Made by a program: the position numbers and the translations under genes. Below the pieces are notes generated by a model that saw only the letters and a list, made by a program, of their open reading frames with translations, had not been told where the DNA came from and searched no databases. Of a stretch of DNA of 64,000 nucleotides, positions 42,758 to 57,457 are shown piece after piece. Numbering within the stretch: the first letter of the stretch is position 1; every line of letters starts with the position of its first letter. The stretch lies in assembly GCF_009914755.1 (NCBI RefSeq), contig NC_060939.1; one strand, given 5' to 3'. This stretch comes from the human T2T-CHM13v2.0 reference genome, Homo sapiens.

Positions 42758-43126
42758 GTATGTTCTTAGGGAGGTGGAGCTGGACCATCCCAGACCAATG
42801 GCCCATCCATTCTGGTATTCTAGCTCCAAGAGGTAACTCTAGAAACCCTTGGACTGACTGAGTTTTTGTTTGACTTTCAGGATACTATATTAAAGTTGAA
42901 CCTTAGAAAGAGTTAGGGTTAGGATTAGCCTCTGAAGTCAGCATGCAATGTCAAAATAATCCAAGACTGCTTCCCACATGTAGAGAGGAACTAACTGGCC
43001 GGTCTCTCAAATTCACTGGGTCCTTTCACCACAGAGCCTAAGGTGGGGTATAGGCAACTTGGTTTCTGCTGTGACCATTTTTAGTGTATGACTTGATTCT
43101 TTCTCTCTGGCATTTTTCCTTTGCAG

Positions 43127-43278
43127 TATTGGGGGTGCTCTACCGATTGTTTTTGCCTATTTTTCTGAATTCTTGTCTCGGGAGAAGCGAGGAGAACACC
43201 TCAGTTGGCTGGGCATCTTCTGGATGACTGGGGGCCTGTACGCATCTGCCATGGCCTGGAGCATCATCCCACACTATG
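43127..43278 (+). CDS. SV2B: SV2B exon 4 (152 nt)
   Basis: Acceptor tttcctttgcag; IGGALPIVFAYFSEFLSREKRGEHLSWLGIFWMTGGLYASAMAWSIIPHY; donor G|gtgagt. Confidence 0.97.
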
Positions 43279-44232
43279 GTGAGTCATGGCTCCAAACAGC
43301 CTAGGGGGCCCTGTTTCTATGGCTCCTGCACCCAAACAATAGTTCCTGTCCTCAGCCTTATTCCATGTACTCACGCACAGTTCCCGAACGTGACCTTGAT
43401 CTTTCTTAACAACTTCTAACATTGCAGACACATTGTTAATTTCAATTCAATGTCTTTTTTGAAAAATATATCCTGTCCTCCCTCTTTTCCTCCTTCCTTC
43501 CCTTCCTTCATTCTTCCCTTTCTCCTTCCCTCTCTCCCTTTCTTGTTTCCTTACTTTTATTTGAAATAATTTCAACCTTCATCTCCTCCAGCCCTCCTCC
43601 CCCTGAGCAACTTGGGCTTTGGTAACCTGATTTAATAGATGACAGGTATGTGACAAAAGCCAAGAGAAGTTGGTGACTTGCTCAAGGCCATGTCCCTGGC
43701 ATGTGGTGGAGTGGGGGCTGGAGTCCTGATGTCCCCTCAGGTGCAGTAGGCTTGTACTCTTTCTGCCCTGGTGCCTGCTGTCACTCTTGTTTGGCCGTGA
43801 CAGTGCAGGAGCCCTTATAGACAAGGTCATGGTTTCAGCCGGGACAATTTTATTTTCCTGGATAATTGTAAACACTATTCTCTGGACAGAGACCTGGCAA
43901 CATCAACTTTTACTACTGGTTTCGTCAAGAGCAAAGTAGGGAGAAGGCAGCAATTTTGACTTTGATTCTGCTTTTGGAGTATACTTAGTAATACTATCAT
44001 CATCATTCAAAATCATTTTTGGTAAATCACTGATTATGAGTATAGGTTCAGCAGTGGTTTAGAACCCTCAGACCCCGAGGGGGTAGCAGACAGCTGCCCC
44101 TGAAGCTGACCGATAGTTTACCACCTATTTATTGTCTTGTTTTAAATATGACCCTCTCTGCTGTGCTTTCTCAGCTAATGGAGGCTGCATGTATATGTTT
44201 TTAAGAACAAGCTTTGGTTTAGACAGTACCTA

Positions 44233-44650
44233 CTGTATTAGTTAAGGTGTTGGACACTGGGTACATTACCTTGACAAGCTGATAAACCCTGAAATCTCAG
44301 TGTTTTAACACAGTGAAAGCTTCTCCCTTATGTGAGGTCCGGCTGGCATTTCTAATCTGCAGGTGGCTCCGCTCCATCAGTAATTCTGGAGTTTAGACTC
44401 CTTCCATTGTGTCATTCTGTCATCTTCAACCTACAGCTTACAAGGTCTCCGGTTTGGGGAAAGAGAATGGGCAGTTGTAGATTGGCTGAAGGCCAGGAAG
44501 TAGAACACACTCACCATTTCCGCTCACATTCCAGTGGCCCCCAATCTGTAACATGCCCACACTCTTCTGCAAGGGACACTGGGTAACAGTTTAGCTGTGT
44601 GCCCACAAAGTAGAGGAAGTGGGTTTGGGAACACCATGTTGTCTTTGCCA
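44233..44650 (-). mobile_element. MLT1J-like LTR
   Basis: tgtattagttaagg...ttccgctcacattccagtggcc...tgcaagggacactggg...gtgcccacaaagtagagga. Confidence 0.65.
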
Positions 44651-44975
44651 TATCTAGTACTTGAAAATCCACTGGATTTTATATCAGAAACAGAAAAAAT
44701 ATGAAAAGGAATAGTGAAATAAAGAGTTGAAGAGTTTTCCAGCCAATTCTGTCATTCTAGTTCTCCATAATTTTAGATACAAAATTGTATTACTGCTACT
44801 GTCAGGTTCTGCAAGATATCCCTCACTCAAATGCACACTTTAATTGCCCTTGTACTATGTACTATGCTGTTGATTATATGGTTTTGAGGCATTGCTTTCC
44901 TTTTTCTTTTTTTCCTCACAATTCTTGATATAATATCATTTTCTCTGTTAGCTGGTCCAAATGTTTGAATACTAA

Positions 44976-45311
<336 letters not shown>

Positions 45312-46097
45312 TGAAGTGATTGAAAAACCTTTTATGGAGGGAAGCAACTGAAATCTAAATAAAAGCTGAATCCAAATAGTGGTGCTGTGTGATACGGGAC
45401 AAGTCAATCCATCTTTTCAGCCTTGGTTCTTTTACCTATAAAATGGAGGGGAGAAGTGACACAAAAAGAATCAGCTCTAGATATACCTGCCAGCCCGAAC
45501 CTTTGGCAATTCTTGAGGTGCACAGAGGAATGAATGTTGAGAAAAATTCCAAGATAATTCTAGTACTCAGACCAGCTTCCCTCCTGGAAGCATTAGCAAT
45601 ACGAGGCTTTCTGTTTGCAGACTGCTTGTTTCATGGGGAAAGCCCGCCCTCACACTTGACCAATGAGAAAGGGTCTTTGATTTCCCTCTGATTGGATCAG
45701 CCTTGGTCATGTGTCCACCTCAGCCAACCACTATACACCAAGAGATGCAGGTCCGGAAGGGTTTAGATCCACTTCCTTCCCCATCCCTGGAGCTATGGGT
45801 AGGGTCAGTCCCACCCAAACCACAGGTGTGCAACACAGTGGTGAAGAAAAGGCAGGAGGATGTTGTGAGGGAAGCTGGCAACCCACCTCTTTTTTTCACT
45901 TCACAAACACACACACTTACACAGACACACACACTATTGTCTAAGTGTGTGACTTCTAGGAAAGCAATAAAAGAATTCAGGTTGGGGACATGTTGACCAA
46001 CATAGATGGGATGTCCATGGCAGAGGGGCCCCATGGTAATTGTCTGACCACTGCGGGCTGACAGCAGGGCTTGTGGTTAAGTATTTTACCCCAGATG

Positions 46098-46396
46098 AGA
46101 TGATTATTCTAAATTAAGTAACTCAGGAATGGAAAACTAAACATCGTATGTTCTCACTCATAAGTAGGAGCTAAGCTATGAGGATGCAAAGGCATAAGAA
46201 TGACACAAGGGACTCTGGGGACTCGGGGAAAGGGTGGGAAGGGGGTGAGGTATAAAAGACTACAAATTGTGTGCAGTGCATACTGCTTGGGTGATGGGTG
46301 TACCAAAATCTCACAAATCACCACTAGAGAACTTACTCATGTAACCAAACACCACCTGTTCCCCAATAACCTATGGAAATAAAAAATTAAAAAAAT
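46098..46396 (+). mobile_element. L1PB1-like 3' end with TSD
   Basis: aagtaactcaggaatggaaaa...ccccaataacctatggaaataaaaaa; TSD tattttacccca(g/a)atg at 46082 and 46397. Confidence 0.88.
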
Positions 46397-48901
46397 TATT
46401 TTACCCCAAATGGACAGGACATTTCCCTATGTGTATGCCTGTATGATATCTGTGACTTTTATATTCCATTTTAAAATAGAAGCCTCTTGGATGATCAGGC
46501 TTAATTGAAACAGGCGTTCACTTGGGGGAAATCCATCCTAGAAATATGGTAGGCTAGAATCACAGTGTAACAAGAGCCATTATTTATCTTAAGCCTCAGA
46601 TGTTTTGTCCGCAGTGAACCAGACATTTGATGGTATTTTCCAATGTGCCTAATGCATTAATCTTCTAACAAATGCAAGTGTAGCTTTAGAGAAGAGACTG
46701 ATATTTGTGTGTACAGCTTGTGTAACCTGTTTAATTGATTTTGCAAGAATGAAGTAAAGGGAAGTCTTGGCACCAGGAATTTGAGTGATTGGCTCATTGA
46801 GAAAGAAAATTACAAAGCTCAGAATGTTTTCCTGTGAACTCACGGGTAAAGCTCAGAAAAAAAAATGGATATATTATGGAAGATTAATTCCCATTGTAGT
46901 CAGCATTACCAGCTGTTTGTGAAATCCTGACAGAGAAAAGTAGGGCAAGCTAGAAGATCAGCAAACAGAACAATCCCTTCCTCCAAATTAATATTGTTCC
47001 AAATATTTGGAAGCAGTTTGCCATTTAATTTTATTTAATTTAGGGCCCTGAAGATGTGCCTAATGAATGCGATAAATGCAGATTACTGAAATCACCATAA
47101 AAGCCATAGAGGCGTGAAGGAATAATGGATTTTGTATAATTTGTGCATATTATCATAAAGAAAAAGATCTTATTGAAGCAGAATACTTTATAAAGATGAC
47201 TGCTTCTGCCCCTCTTCCCTGGTTATCCATCTGAGTTTGACTGCTGTGTGGTTTCGATCACCTTTACTTCTAATGATGCCAGAGTAGTTTTTGCACGTGA
47301 GCTGAGAACGTGTAAATATTGCTATGGTTTTATCTTCCTCTTTCTAGTGTTACTCCCAGGAGAAAGGAAAGGCTTTTTAATTAAAATTAAAATGAACGAA
47401 CAAACCTCAGTGAGATGATAAGAGACCAAGCTGTGCAAAAAGAGATTTGATTCTGATTGAGTGTATTGGATGAGGTTTGTGTTCAGTTGCTGTGGTCAAA
47501 GGTGTCCAAGGGACCACAGTCCCACATTTCCACACCGGGATTCCCTCTACCTAGTCTTTTAATTGTACAAATAGCGTAGAAAATGTCTGCAGGAACAGCA
47601 GATAATTGGTTAGGAGTCTGCTGCGAGTAGAACAAGTTGAACCACAACGGGGAGTAATAAAAATTCAAGGCAAGCTGTTTGCCACTGGAGTTGGTCATAT
47701 GTTATATTTCTAGGTAAATGAAATAGAAGTTTTATATCCAAATAACTATTGCCCTCTAAACTTTATAAATTGATATATTTATTTACATAGTCTTGTCTTT
47801 CACAAATACCATTTGAATTGTCTTCAGAAATACTTTATGGCATGAGAAAACCAGTCTATTTTATAACCTCGGCTCTATTTTTTAAAAATTCTTTTGCTGA
47901 TCTTTGCTGATATTTATCTATTTTATTCAACATCCTTGGCACTAAATGTCATGGAGCTATTTCTAAAAAAAATCAATGTACTCTCAAAGCAGGTGAAGTA
48001 TAATGGGTTGCTAGGAGCGTTCACACATGACAAATCTATGGAGGTATCATTACCTGTATTCTACAGCTGCGAAAACCCACCAGTGCAGTTCGATGGGATC
48101 AGACCAGAATTTGAACTCTGATCTCTGTGACTGCAAAAGTCTAGGCTCTTTCCACTTTATTACTTAAAAGAGGGAAGTTTGCTACCCATGAGGATATTCA
48201 AAACAATGCTTGAATGTAATTTCTGAATATGGGTTTTAGCAATGCTTTGAATAATGATGATTGAATAGGAGCTAGTTATCTTCCCATTTCAATGATGATG
48301 GGATGCATTGGAATGTAGAAGTTCAGTCCCTCATTTAAAAAAATTGTGTAGCCGTATAACAGCTTACAGTGTTTTTCAAAATGTGGTCCTGAACCCTTTG
48401 CGCTGGAATCACCTGGAGCTGGCATTGCCCTTTGACGTTGGAAAGAGGGATCACCAATAGAAGCCCTGGGTCGTATGAGGCCCTGCTCTGGCCTTCCTCT
48501 GGCTGCACCCCTTCCCATAAGGCAAGGCATCTCTGAGGCCTTGACCCCCATCCCCATCTTCATCCAGATTATGCTCTGGGTGCTCAGGACCCAGGAATTC
48601 CCATAGACTCAAGAAATCAAGACAGGAGTGCCCATTCTCATCACAGTGGTGTGTCCACGCATGTCTGCATGAGGTCCCTTATTTGGAAGGAGGAGGTGGG
48701 GGATTGAAAAGGGGATGTGGCATATGTGGGTGTAAATTCTGGGCCTGGACTTCTAGCTTGTTGCTTGTCAAGGCAGGCAAATAGAATATGTTTCATTTAA
48801 CAATCTGCCATCTTAAAATATAATGATTCTGTAGAGATACGGGCTATTGTTTCTGTTTGTACTCTTATCCGAGGCTCTGTAAATGTCAGGCCAGGCCTGG
48901 A

Positions 48902-48955
48902 CCTGGGGATTTGTCAGAATGCAGAATTCCTGGGGATTTGTCAGAATGCAGAATT
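48902..48955. repeat. Perfect 27-bp tandem duplication
   Basis: cctggggatttgtcagaatgcagaatt twice. Confidence 0.92.
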
Positions 48956-49179
48956 TGCAATGTGAGAAATATCATTTTGCAGATTTGTCAAGATGCAGCT
49001 CCTATCCCAGGCTTATGACTCAGAAGCTTCGGAGGCACAGCTGAGGAGTCTGCATTTTAACCACCTCCCCGGGTGACTCTCTTGTGCCCTGAAGTTTGTG
49101 AGCCAGGGCTTCAGAGTCACTCTTCCGTAGAGGAAAAGATCATGTCCCAGAAATCCTTTGACTGACTGCTCCTTTGCAG

Positions 49180-49313
49180 GCTGGGGCTTCAGCATGGGGA
49201 CCAATTACCACTTCCATAGCTGGAGAGTGTTTGTCATCGTCTGTGCTCTGCCCTGCACCGTGTCCATGGTGGCCCTGAAGTTCATGCCAGAGAGCCCAAG
49301 GTTTCTGCTAGAG
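49180..49313 (+). CDS. SV2B: SV2B exon 5 (134 nt)
   Basis: Acceptor cctttgcag; WGFSMGTNYHFHSWRVFVIVCALPCTVSMVALKFMPESPRFLLE (sugar-porter PESPRFL motif); donor GAG|gtgagt. Confidence 0.97.
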
Positions 49314-49649
49314 GTGAGTCAGTGCTTTTCCACCAGGGGGAGAGTGACAAAACAGCCACAGGAACCCAGCCTCGCTTCCTTCTCTCAGCTCCTAGTCCCA
49401 CATCCTCTGCTGCTTATGTGTTGCAAACTCTCCCCGGGTCGGCTGACCTCACTCATCATTGAATCTGGCACCTGCCGGCTGTGATGGTGGCAGGTCATGG
49501 ATTCACGGACTGCAAATGCTGGATGGTTCAAGAGCTTGTGGAGCCCAGAGCAGGAGCTCTTTCCCAAGGCTGTGCAGTGGTGGAAGGGCAGCTCCTGAGC
49601 TGCCTCATGGCACCCACTGTCCCCCGAGGTCCTGATTAGGAAGTTTTTT

Positions 49650-49893
49650 AGCCTGGGCTACACAGGGAGACCTCATCTCTACAAAAAAAAAAAAAAAAAA
49701 ATTAGTTGAGCGATTTGGTGCGTGCATGCCTGTGGTCCCATCTACTTGGGAGGCTGAGGTGGGAGGACTGCTTGGGCCCCAGAGATCAAGGCTGGAGACA
49801 GCCATGGTTGTGTCACTGCACTCCAGTCTGGGTAACAAAGAGACACCCTGTCTCAAAAAAATAAAAATATAAATAAATAAATAAATAAATAAA
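49650..49893 (+). mobile_element. AluJ, 5'-truncated, (AAAT)n tail
   Basis: agcctgggctacacagggagacc...gaggctgaggtgggagg. Confidence 0.88.
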
Positions 49894-50267
49894 GGAAGCT
49901 CTTTAGAGCTGCTGGTTTTCCGTGTTTGGCACTGAGAGCTATGGTACAGCTCGTTGCTGCTCCTAAGCACTTCAGGTCTTTTAGCTACACAGGGTCCCCA
50001 GCCACCAGACAGCTGCATCTGTGTCCTGAGAAATGAGTCCCATGAGCCTTCCAACAGCAGGGGAACCTCCTGCTTGCAGAAGTCAGACAGTGCAGGAGCA
50101 GGCAGAGGGGCAACAGGACCTTGAGGCTCTTCCAGCCCCAATCTGCAGAGTCCACCTATCTGCCTCCTTCCTAAGCCATGTGCAGAGTGATCCTCCATGT
50201 CCAATGTCCGTGTTCACCCCTTTGATCAGGAGGCAGATGCAACAGGGAGTTTTGCACCCTTGGTTGG

Positions 50268-50731
50268 ATATGAGTGTCCTAGGGCTGCTGTAGCAAAATG
50301 CCACAAACCGAGTGACTTAAAAGGACAAATTTATCTCACAGTTTCAGAGGCTTGAAGTCCCAAATCAAAGCAGCAGCAAGGTCATGCTCCCTCAGAAAAC
50401 TGTACGGGAGACTCCTTCCTTGCCTCTTTCAGATTCTGGTGGTTTGTGGCAATTTTGACCATTCCTTGGCTTGCAGCTGCAACACTCCAGTCGTGGCCTT
50501 CATCGTCACATGGTGTCCTCCCTGATGCCTCTGTGTCTCCATATGGAGGTCTTCCTATAAGGGCAGCAGTTATATCGAAACAAGGCTCCACCTACTCCAG
50601 AATGTCGTAATCTTAATTTAGCTAATTGCACCTGCCACGACCCTATTTCCGAATAAAGTCACTCTCTGTGGTACTGGGGATTAGCACTTCACCATATCTT
50701 TTTTTGGGGGGACACAATTCAACCTGTAACA
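50268..50731 (-). mobile_element. MLT1C/D-like LTR
   Basis: cctagggctgctgtagcaaaatgccacaaac...ctatttccgaataaagtcac...gggggacacaattcaacctgtaaca. Confidence 0.82.
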
Positions 50732-51078
50732 TGTTGCTTCTTCGCCTTATCTCATCAGTGACGAACGTGCTTCCCACACCACCGTCCATTCAACCTTATA
50801 ACTGTGATTAGTTACTCAGAGTGTATAATGATGATACTACCTAACATTTACACCTTGAAAGCACAACCTTATTATCCTTGTAAGAATGGCTGGGGATGGA
50901 AGCTTGTCCTGGTCTTTCACAGGTCCTAGATGGTAATGAGTCCATGTGCAATTGCCTCAGACCTGCTAGGAATGCTCGTATCAACATTCCCATTGAGTTT
51001 GTAGGATTTTCCACCCCTAATGAACAGAAGGCATAGTCAGCAATGAATTTTTCCTGTGTCTTTCCTTGGTTTCACCAG

Positions 51079-51168
51079 ATGGGCAAACATGATGAAGCCT
51101 GGATGATTCTCAAGCAAGTCCATGACACCAACATGAGAGCTAAGGGGACCCCAGAGAAAGTGTTCACG
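51079..51168 (+). CDS. SV2B: SV2B exon 6 (90 nt, phase 0-0)
   Basis: Acceptor ggtttcaccag; MGKHDEAWMILKQVHDTNMRAKGTPEKVFT; donor ACG|gtgagt. Confidence 0.97.
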
Positions 51169-51377
51169 GTGAGTGTGGGGTTGCCTGCCAATAAGAAGGG
51201 GGTTCTCCTCTTCACTGCTTTGATTTACTAAAAAGTAATTTAAGCACATAACAGGAAATTTGTCAAAAGGAGAACAAAGACTCTGATATTGCTGTTACTT
51301 TATAATAATTATTCTTCACATTTTGATGGATATCCTTTGAGGTTTTTCCTTAGGTTGCTAGTTGTTTTTAAAAATGG

Positions 51378-52099
<722 letters not shown>

Positions 52100-53220
52100 T
52101 TAATAGTATAGCACTCATTATTGTTTTATATGCTGTCTCCTAGTATTCATAATCATCATTTTAATAAACAGTAATGTTACAAACATTAACATGGTTTTCC
52201 TAACATGTCTCTAATGTTAGAAGCTTGTTTATCCAGTTTTACTACCTTGTTCCTGTAAATATTAGTGCAATGAACCTTCTTGTGCACATAGTTCCTTCCC
52301 CTTCATGTCCTAGGATTGTTTTATTTCTAGGAGTAGACTCCTAGAAATAAAAGTGCTGGCTCAGAGAGCTTGGATATTTTTATAGCTCTTGAGATACATT
52401 GCCAAATCATAATACATTTCAACTGGGTTGTACCAATCTACAATGCCACAGGCAATAGAGGACCCATTTCTTTACACCCTTACCATCAGTGGCTATTAGT
52501 CTGAATTTTGTTTCTTGCCAGTTTTAAAAGCAGACAAAACAAACAAACAAAAAACCAAAACAAAATGGTAAATGGTAATTTCTATGAAGATGGCCTGATA
52601 GTTACAGAGACGCTGTCTTCCTGCCTGCCATGCTCTGACAAACCAGGAGGCTATAGGCATCTTTGTGCACCCGTTTTTATAACTTCCCCTACTTCAAATC
52701 CATTTTCTCAAGGAAACCTTCCTGGAGTAACTCCTACCTAACTTTGATTCACTGCTTTTATTTTTTAGCTTCCATAATTTCAGTCTCAAGTAAACCATTT
52801 ACCCTTGTTAACCTGTTGCTTCAAACGTCTGCTTTTCAGGCAGGATCACACGGTGGCTGAGCACCTGCATCCAAAGTATCAAATCCCAGTTTTGACACTT
52901 TCTAGCTGTGTGGCCTTGGGCAAGGTACTCTCTGTGCCTCATTTTTCTCATGGAGAAAAGAGGGATAATCATATCTATATATGTGGCTATTGTAAGGATT
53001 AAGTAAAACACCAAAAAACAAAAACAAAAACAAAAACAAAAACCGGTGCCTGGCTTGGAGTAAGTGCTACACAGACGTTAACCATTATTTAAATTATTAT
53101 GACATTTTTTCATAAATTAACTCAAGTTATAAATTTTATGGAAAATTCCTCAATGGGATATTTTCTCAATTCTAATGCTTCTAAAATATCTGAAATATGG
53201 GACCAATGCTTTTCCTGCCA

Positions 53221-53468
53221 TTTTTTTAAAACTTCTATTTTAGGTTCGGGGTACATGTGCAGGTTGTTATAGAGGTGAACGTGTGTCACGGGGGTTTGTT
53301 GTACAGGTATTTTGTCACCCAGGTATTAAGCCCAGCACCCAATAGTTATCTCTTCTGCCCCCTTCCTCCTCCCACCCTCCACCCCCAAGTAGACCTCAGT
53401 GTTGGTTGTTCCCTTCTTTGTGTTCACAAGTTCTCATCATTTGGCTCCCACTTATAAGGGAGAACATG
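53221..53468 (-). mobile_element. L1PA (older) 3' end
   Basis: ttttaggttcggggtacatgtgcagg...ctcccacttataagggagaacatg. Confidence 0.88.
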
Positions 53469-53819
53469 TACTGCAAACATTTATTAAGAAGCACGATGAA
53501 CAGAAATGCTCCAAATGAAAGATGTTAAGGGTCACAGTGAGTCTCCCGATCTTCCATCCCCGCCGACTCTGTGATGGCCTGTAGTGCTCCCGCTGTGCTG
53601 CGGGTGTGGAAGCCACACATTGGTGAGGCTTCTGGGTGTACTTGGCTCAGTCCTGCCACCCTGCCCCTGCTGCCTCGTTCCATGGCCAGAGGAAGTCTAA
53701 GTTTCTCTCCGAGCTGCTGCTTATTTCTGGAAGATGTTTCCATGGTCTTCTGTCTCTGCCTCCAGTCTCTGACTCCACATTGGCTGGATTGGTTTTTGCA
53801 CTACATCAACCTGGCCTGA

Positions 53820-54492
53820 AACACGGGCATACACAAGCACGTCCACAAAGACACGGAGACACACATAGACATAGGCACACATACAGAGACACACAGACAC
53901 AGGGACACACGGACACACATGAACACAGACACACAGACACAGAGACACACAGACACAGAGACACATGGACACACATGAACACAGACACACAGACACAGAG
54001 ACAAACAGACACAGGAACACACGGACACAGAGACACATGGACACACATGAACACAGACACACAGACACAGGAACACACGGACACACAGAGGCACGCATAC
54101 AGACACACATGAAGACAGACACACAGACACATTAAGACAGACACAGATGCAGAGACACACAGACACAGGAACACAAACACAGAAACACACAGACACACAT
54201 TAAGACAGACACACAGACACAGGAACATACGGACACACAGGGACACACACACACAGATACACATTAAAACAGACATGTAGATGCAGAGACACACAGACAC
54301 ACATTAAGACAGACACACAGACACAGAGACACACACAGACACAGACACAGACACATATTAAGGCAGACACAGGAACACAAACACAGAAACACACAGACGC
54401 ACATTAAGACAAACACACAGACACAGGCACACACAGACACACAGAGACACACACACAGACACACATTAAGACAGACACACAGACACAGACAT
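53820..54492. repeat. Compound CA/ACAG-rich minisatellite, about 670 bp
   Basis: Recurring acacagacac units with variant blocks ggacacacatgaacacag, cacattaagacag and aggaacaca. Confidence 0.93.
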
Positions 54493-55047
54493 CACCCATA
54501 CCAAGCGTTTGGGTTGAATGGACTTCCCGAACATTTGTGAACAGAGGAATTACATCGCAGAGTGCAGCCTTCTCCTTCCTTTCTCCGTGCCCCTCCTCCC
54601 TTTCAGTCTCTCCACCTCCTTTCCTCTGCCTTCTCTCTATTCTTCTCCCTTTCGAATAAAACAGTTCCTCCTTGCTTATGCACAGTAGGTTACTAGTGTT
54701 TTAAATCTGAGAGTGTCTTTCTGGGATTTCCCCATGCCTCGAGCAGTTATTAACAGATTTATTTCAAATGCACACAGACTGTCCCAGGAGCAGTCCTGCT
54801 GGATAATTCCTTCCCACCCTGTTCTGCCTGTCTGCCCTTGCCTGTCCCAGGCACGCTGTCAGCTCCTCCCCACTTGCGTCTTACTCTAGGGTGTCTCGTA
54901 CAGAAGGTTCCACGCAGTGGTGCTTAGCCAGGCGTTTCCTAACTGTTGCTTCTGGAAGGACTCCTTCTACACCAACCAAACAGGCCCCACTGGGAGCCCC
55001 ATTTTTGGAGAAGTGATCCCACATTCTCTCCTGACGATGCATTCTAC

Positions 55048-55427
55048 TGTGTGAAGAGAGAAACTCTGGCACATTAAAATTTTAGAGAGTTTATTTATGG
55101 AGACAGTGATTCATCAGTCAGGTAGCTCACACTGGAAGTGGGTCAGGGCTTTCCCTAAGGAGCACGAGGGAGAGGCTTTTATAGGTCGAACATGGAAGCA
55201 GAGCAGAGAAAGCATTTGCTGGGTTAGAGTTTGGGCCATTGCCTCATTTGGATTATTCCAGTGGGAAGTTCAAGATAATACAGCCAGTGTCCACTCAGCC
55301 AACTGGGATTGGCTGAGCTTGTTTCATTTTCTTTAAAGTTCTGAGTTAGGTTTCTGCTTGATGATGTGGGAACCCAGGGCATTAGAGCCACCTCCGTTGA
55401 GTGGCCTCCCATTTAGTTATTTTAACA
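55048..55427 (-). mobile_element. ERV1-class solo LTR (MER31/MER67-like)
   Basis: Reverse complement starts tgttaaaataactaaatgggaggccact...ggtggctctaatgccctgggttcc. Confidence 0.7.
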
Positions 55428-56624
55428 GATATAACTGCCTAATGCTGAAGAATGAGATCTTAGCCAGGAAATAAATAAAAATGCCAATTTTCAGACACAA
55501 AAGCCTTTTACAACAGGATCAGAGTTCCTCATTTTCGGGGTGGGAGTGCACCCGGAGGAAGGATGTGCAGGCAGAAATCAATGTGCGGAGAGTTACAAAA
55601 TGTTGGAGTTGGTCTTATCCCAGCATGCGTGCCAGTTACTAAGCTCTGAGGCATAACTTCTGCTTTTAGTTTTAACCCAACAGGAAGAAGGACTTAAAAA
55701 GGTTATGGGCTCAGTATTCTATACTGACTTGATGATTATATTAATGATGTAGAAGTAAATGGCTGGATGGGCCAGAAAAAGAAATGAAAAAAGAGAGACA
55801 ACCAGAAAGTGGTAACTGACCTTAGAGAGCCAGCCTGTGGTTGGCGGTCAGGGGCGGGTACTCAGCCCAGCTTGAAGGTGTTACCTGTTTTACTCCTGTG
55901 CGTGTCCCATCAGCAGACGTGCTCATAGATGTATTCAGTGGCCTGGAGGGAGAGCTTAGGGCAGTCACACTCTTAGTTGATGCCCATGCCGTGAGCTCTA
56001 GGTTTTACCAGCCCTGTTGGCTGCCTCACAAACTCACAGTGAAACCTTTGGAAGGAGAAGGAGTTGAAGCATTCGGCTGAGAACCCACGATCTGCAGGGC
56101 TGGGGGAACACAGGCCATATTCTAATTTAGACTGAATCATAGACAATTGTTCTAATGAATCGTAAATTAGAGTGAGTAATTATGCTTCAAGTTGTCAACA
56201 CACTCACTCCCTAATCCCAAAGGAAGACTGTTATTTTCCCCAAGGAGCAAAGAAAGGAAAAACTGACATTTGAGAGGATATCTTAAGGCTTTGGGGTGTG
56301 GTTTTTAAGGTGCTTCCTGAGTTGATGTTAACTTCCCCTGTAGCCTCCTTTATCTGTAGCTGGGGGTCATAACATCCATGAAGGTACTGAATAGCTTGAA
56401 GCCCAGCTGCAGCCAAGAGTTCAGCTGCAGAGCCTGCTTTGTTAGTTCTGAAGCTTCTCTGTCTGACCTCAGGCGGAAGATCATTTGCAAAGGCTGCATA
56501 GCTGGGAGTGGCCAGATGAGTCCAGGAGGCTCACAGTGTGGTCATGTCCTTGACATTTCTGGGAAGAGAGCCTATGCCTTTAGCAGATTCTCAAATTCTC
56601 CCAAAAGCTTAAGAACCACTGTTT

Positions 56625-57100
<476 letters not shown>

Positions 57101-57346
57101 TCATATCCTCAGTCCTTTGGCTGAAGAAAGAGATGGAGACACTCTATGGCTCGTCTTTATCCCTAGATGAAAAGTTTATTGGAGGAGGTGATGGAAACAG
57201 TTTTTGAATTTTTTTGAGTATGCTCTTTGAGAAATCGCAGACTCCTCTAGTCCTAAATCAGTTTAAATAGTTACATTAAACTACACATTGAAAACTCTGA
57301 CACAAAGTGGGGTTCAAATTCTCTATATCCTATTTTTACTTTTCAG

Positions 57347-57457
57347 GTTTCCAACATCAAAACTCCCAAGCAAATGGATGAATTCATTGAGATCCAAAGT
57401 TCAACAGGAACCTGGTACCAGCGCTGGCTGGTCAGATTCAAGACCATTTTCAAGCAG
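57347..57457 (+). CDS. SV2B: SV2B exon 7 (111 nt, phase 0-0)
   Basis: Acceptor tttttacttttcag; VSNIKTPKQMDEFIEIQSSTGTWYQRWLVRFKTIFKQ; donor CAG|gtatga. Confidence 0.96.

Noticed and set aside
42911-42928. Telomere-like gttagggttagg in intron 3
   Set aside because: Under two full units; expected by chance.
53636-54464. Multiple overlapping Cys/Val- or His/Thr-rich ORFs
   Set aside because: Translations of the CA-rich simple repeat.
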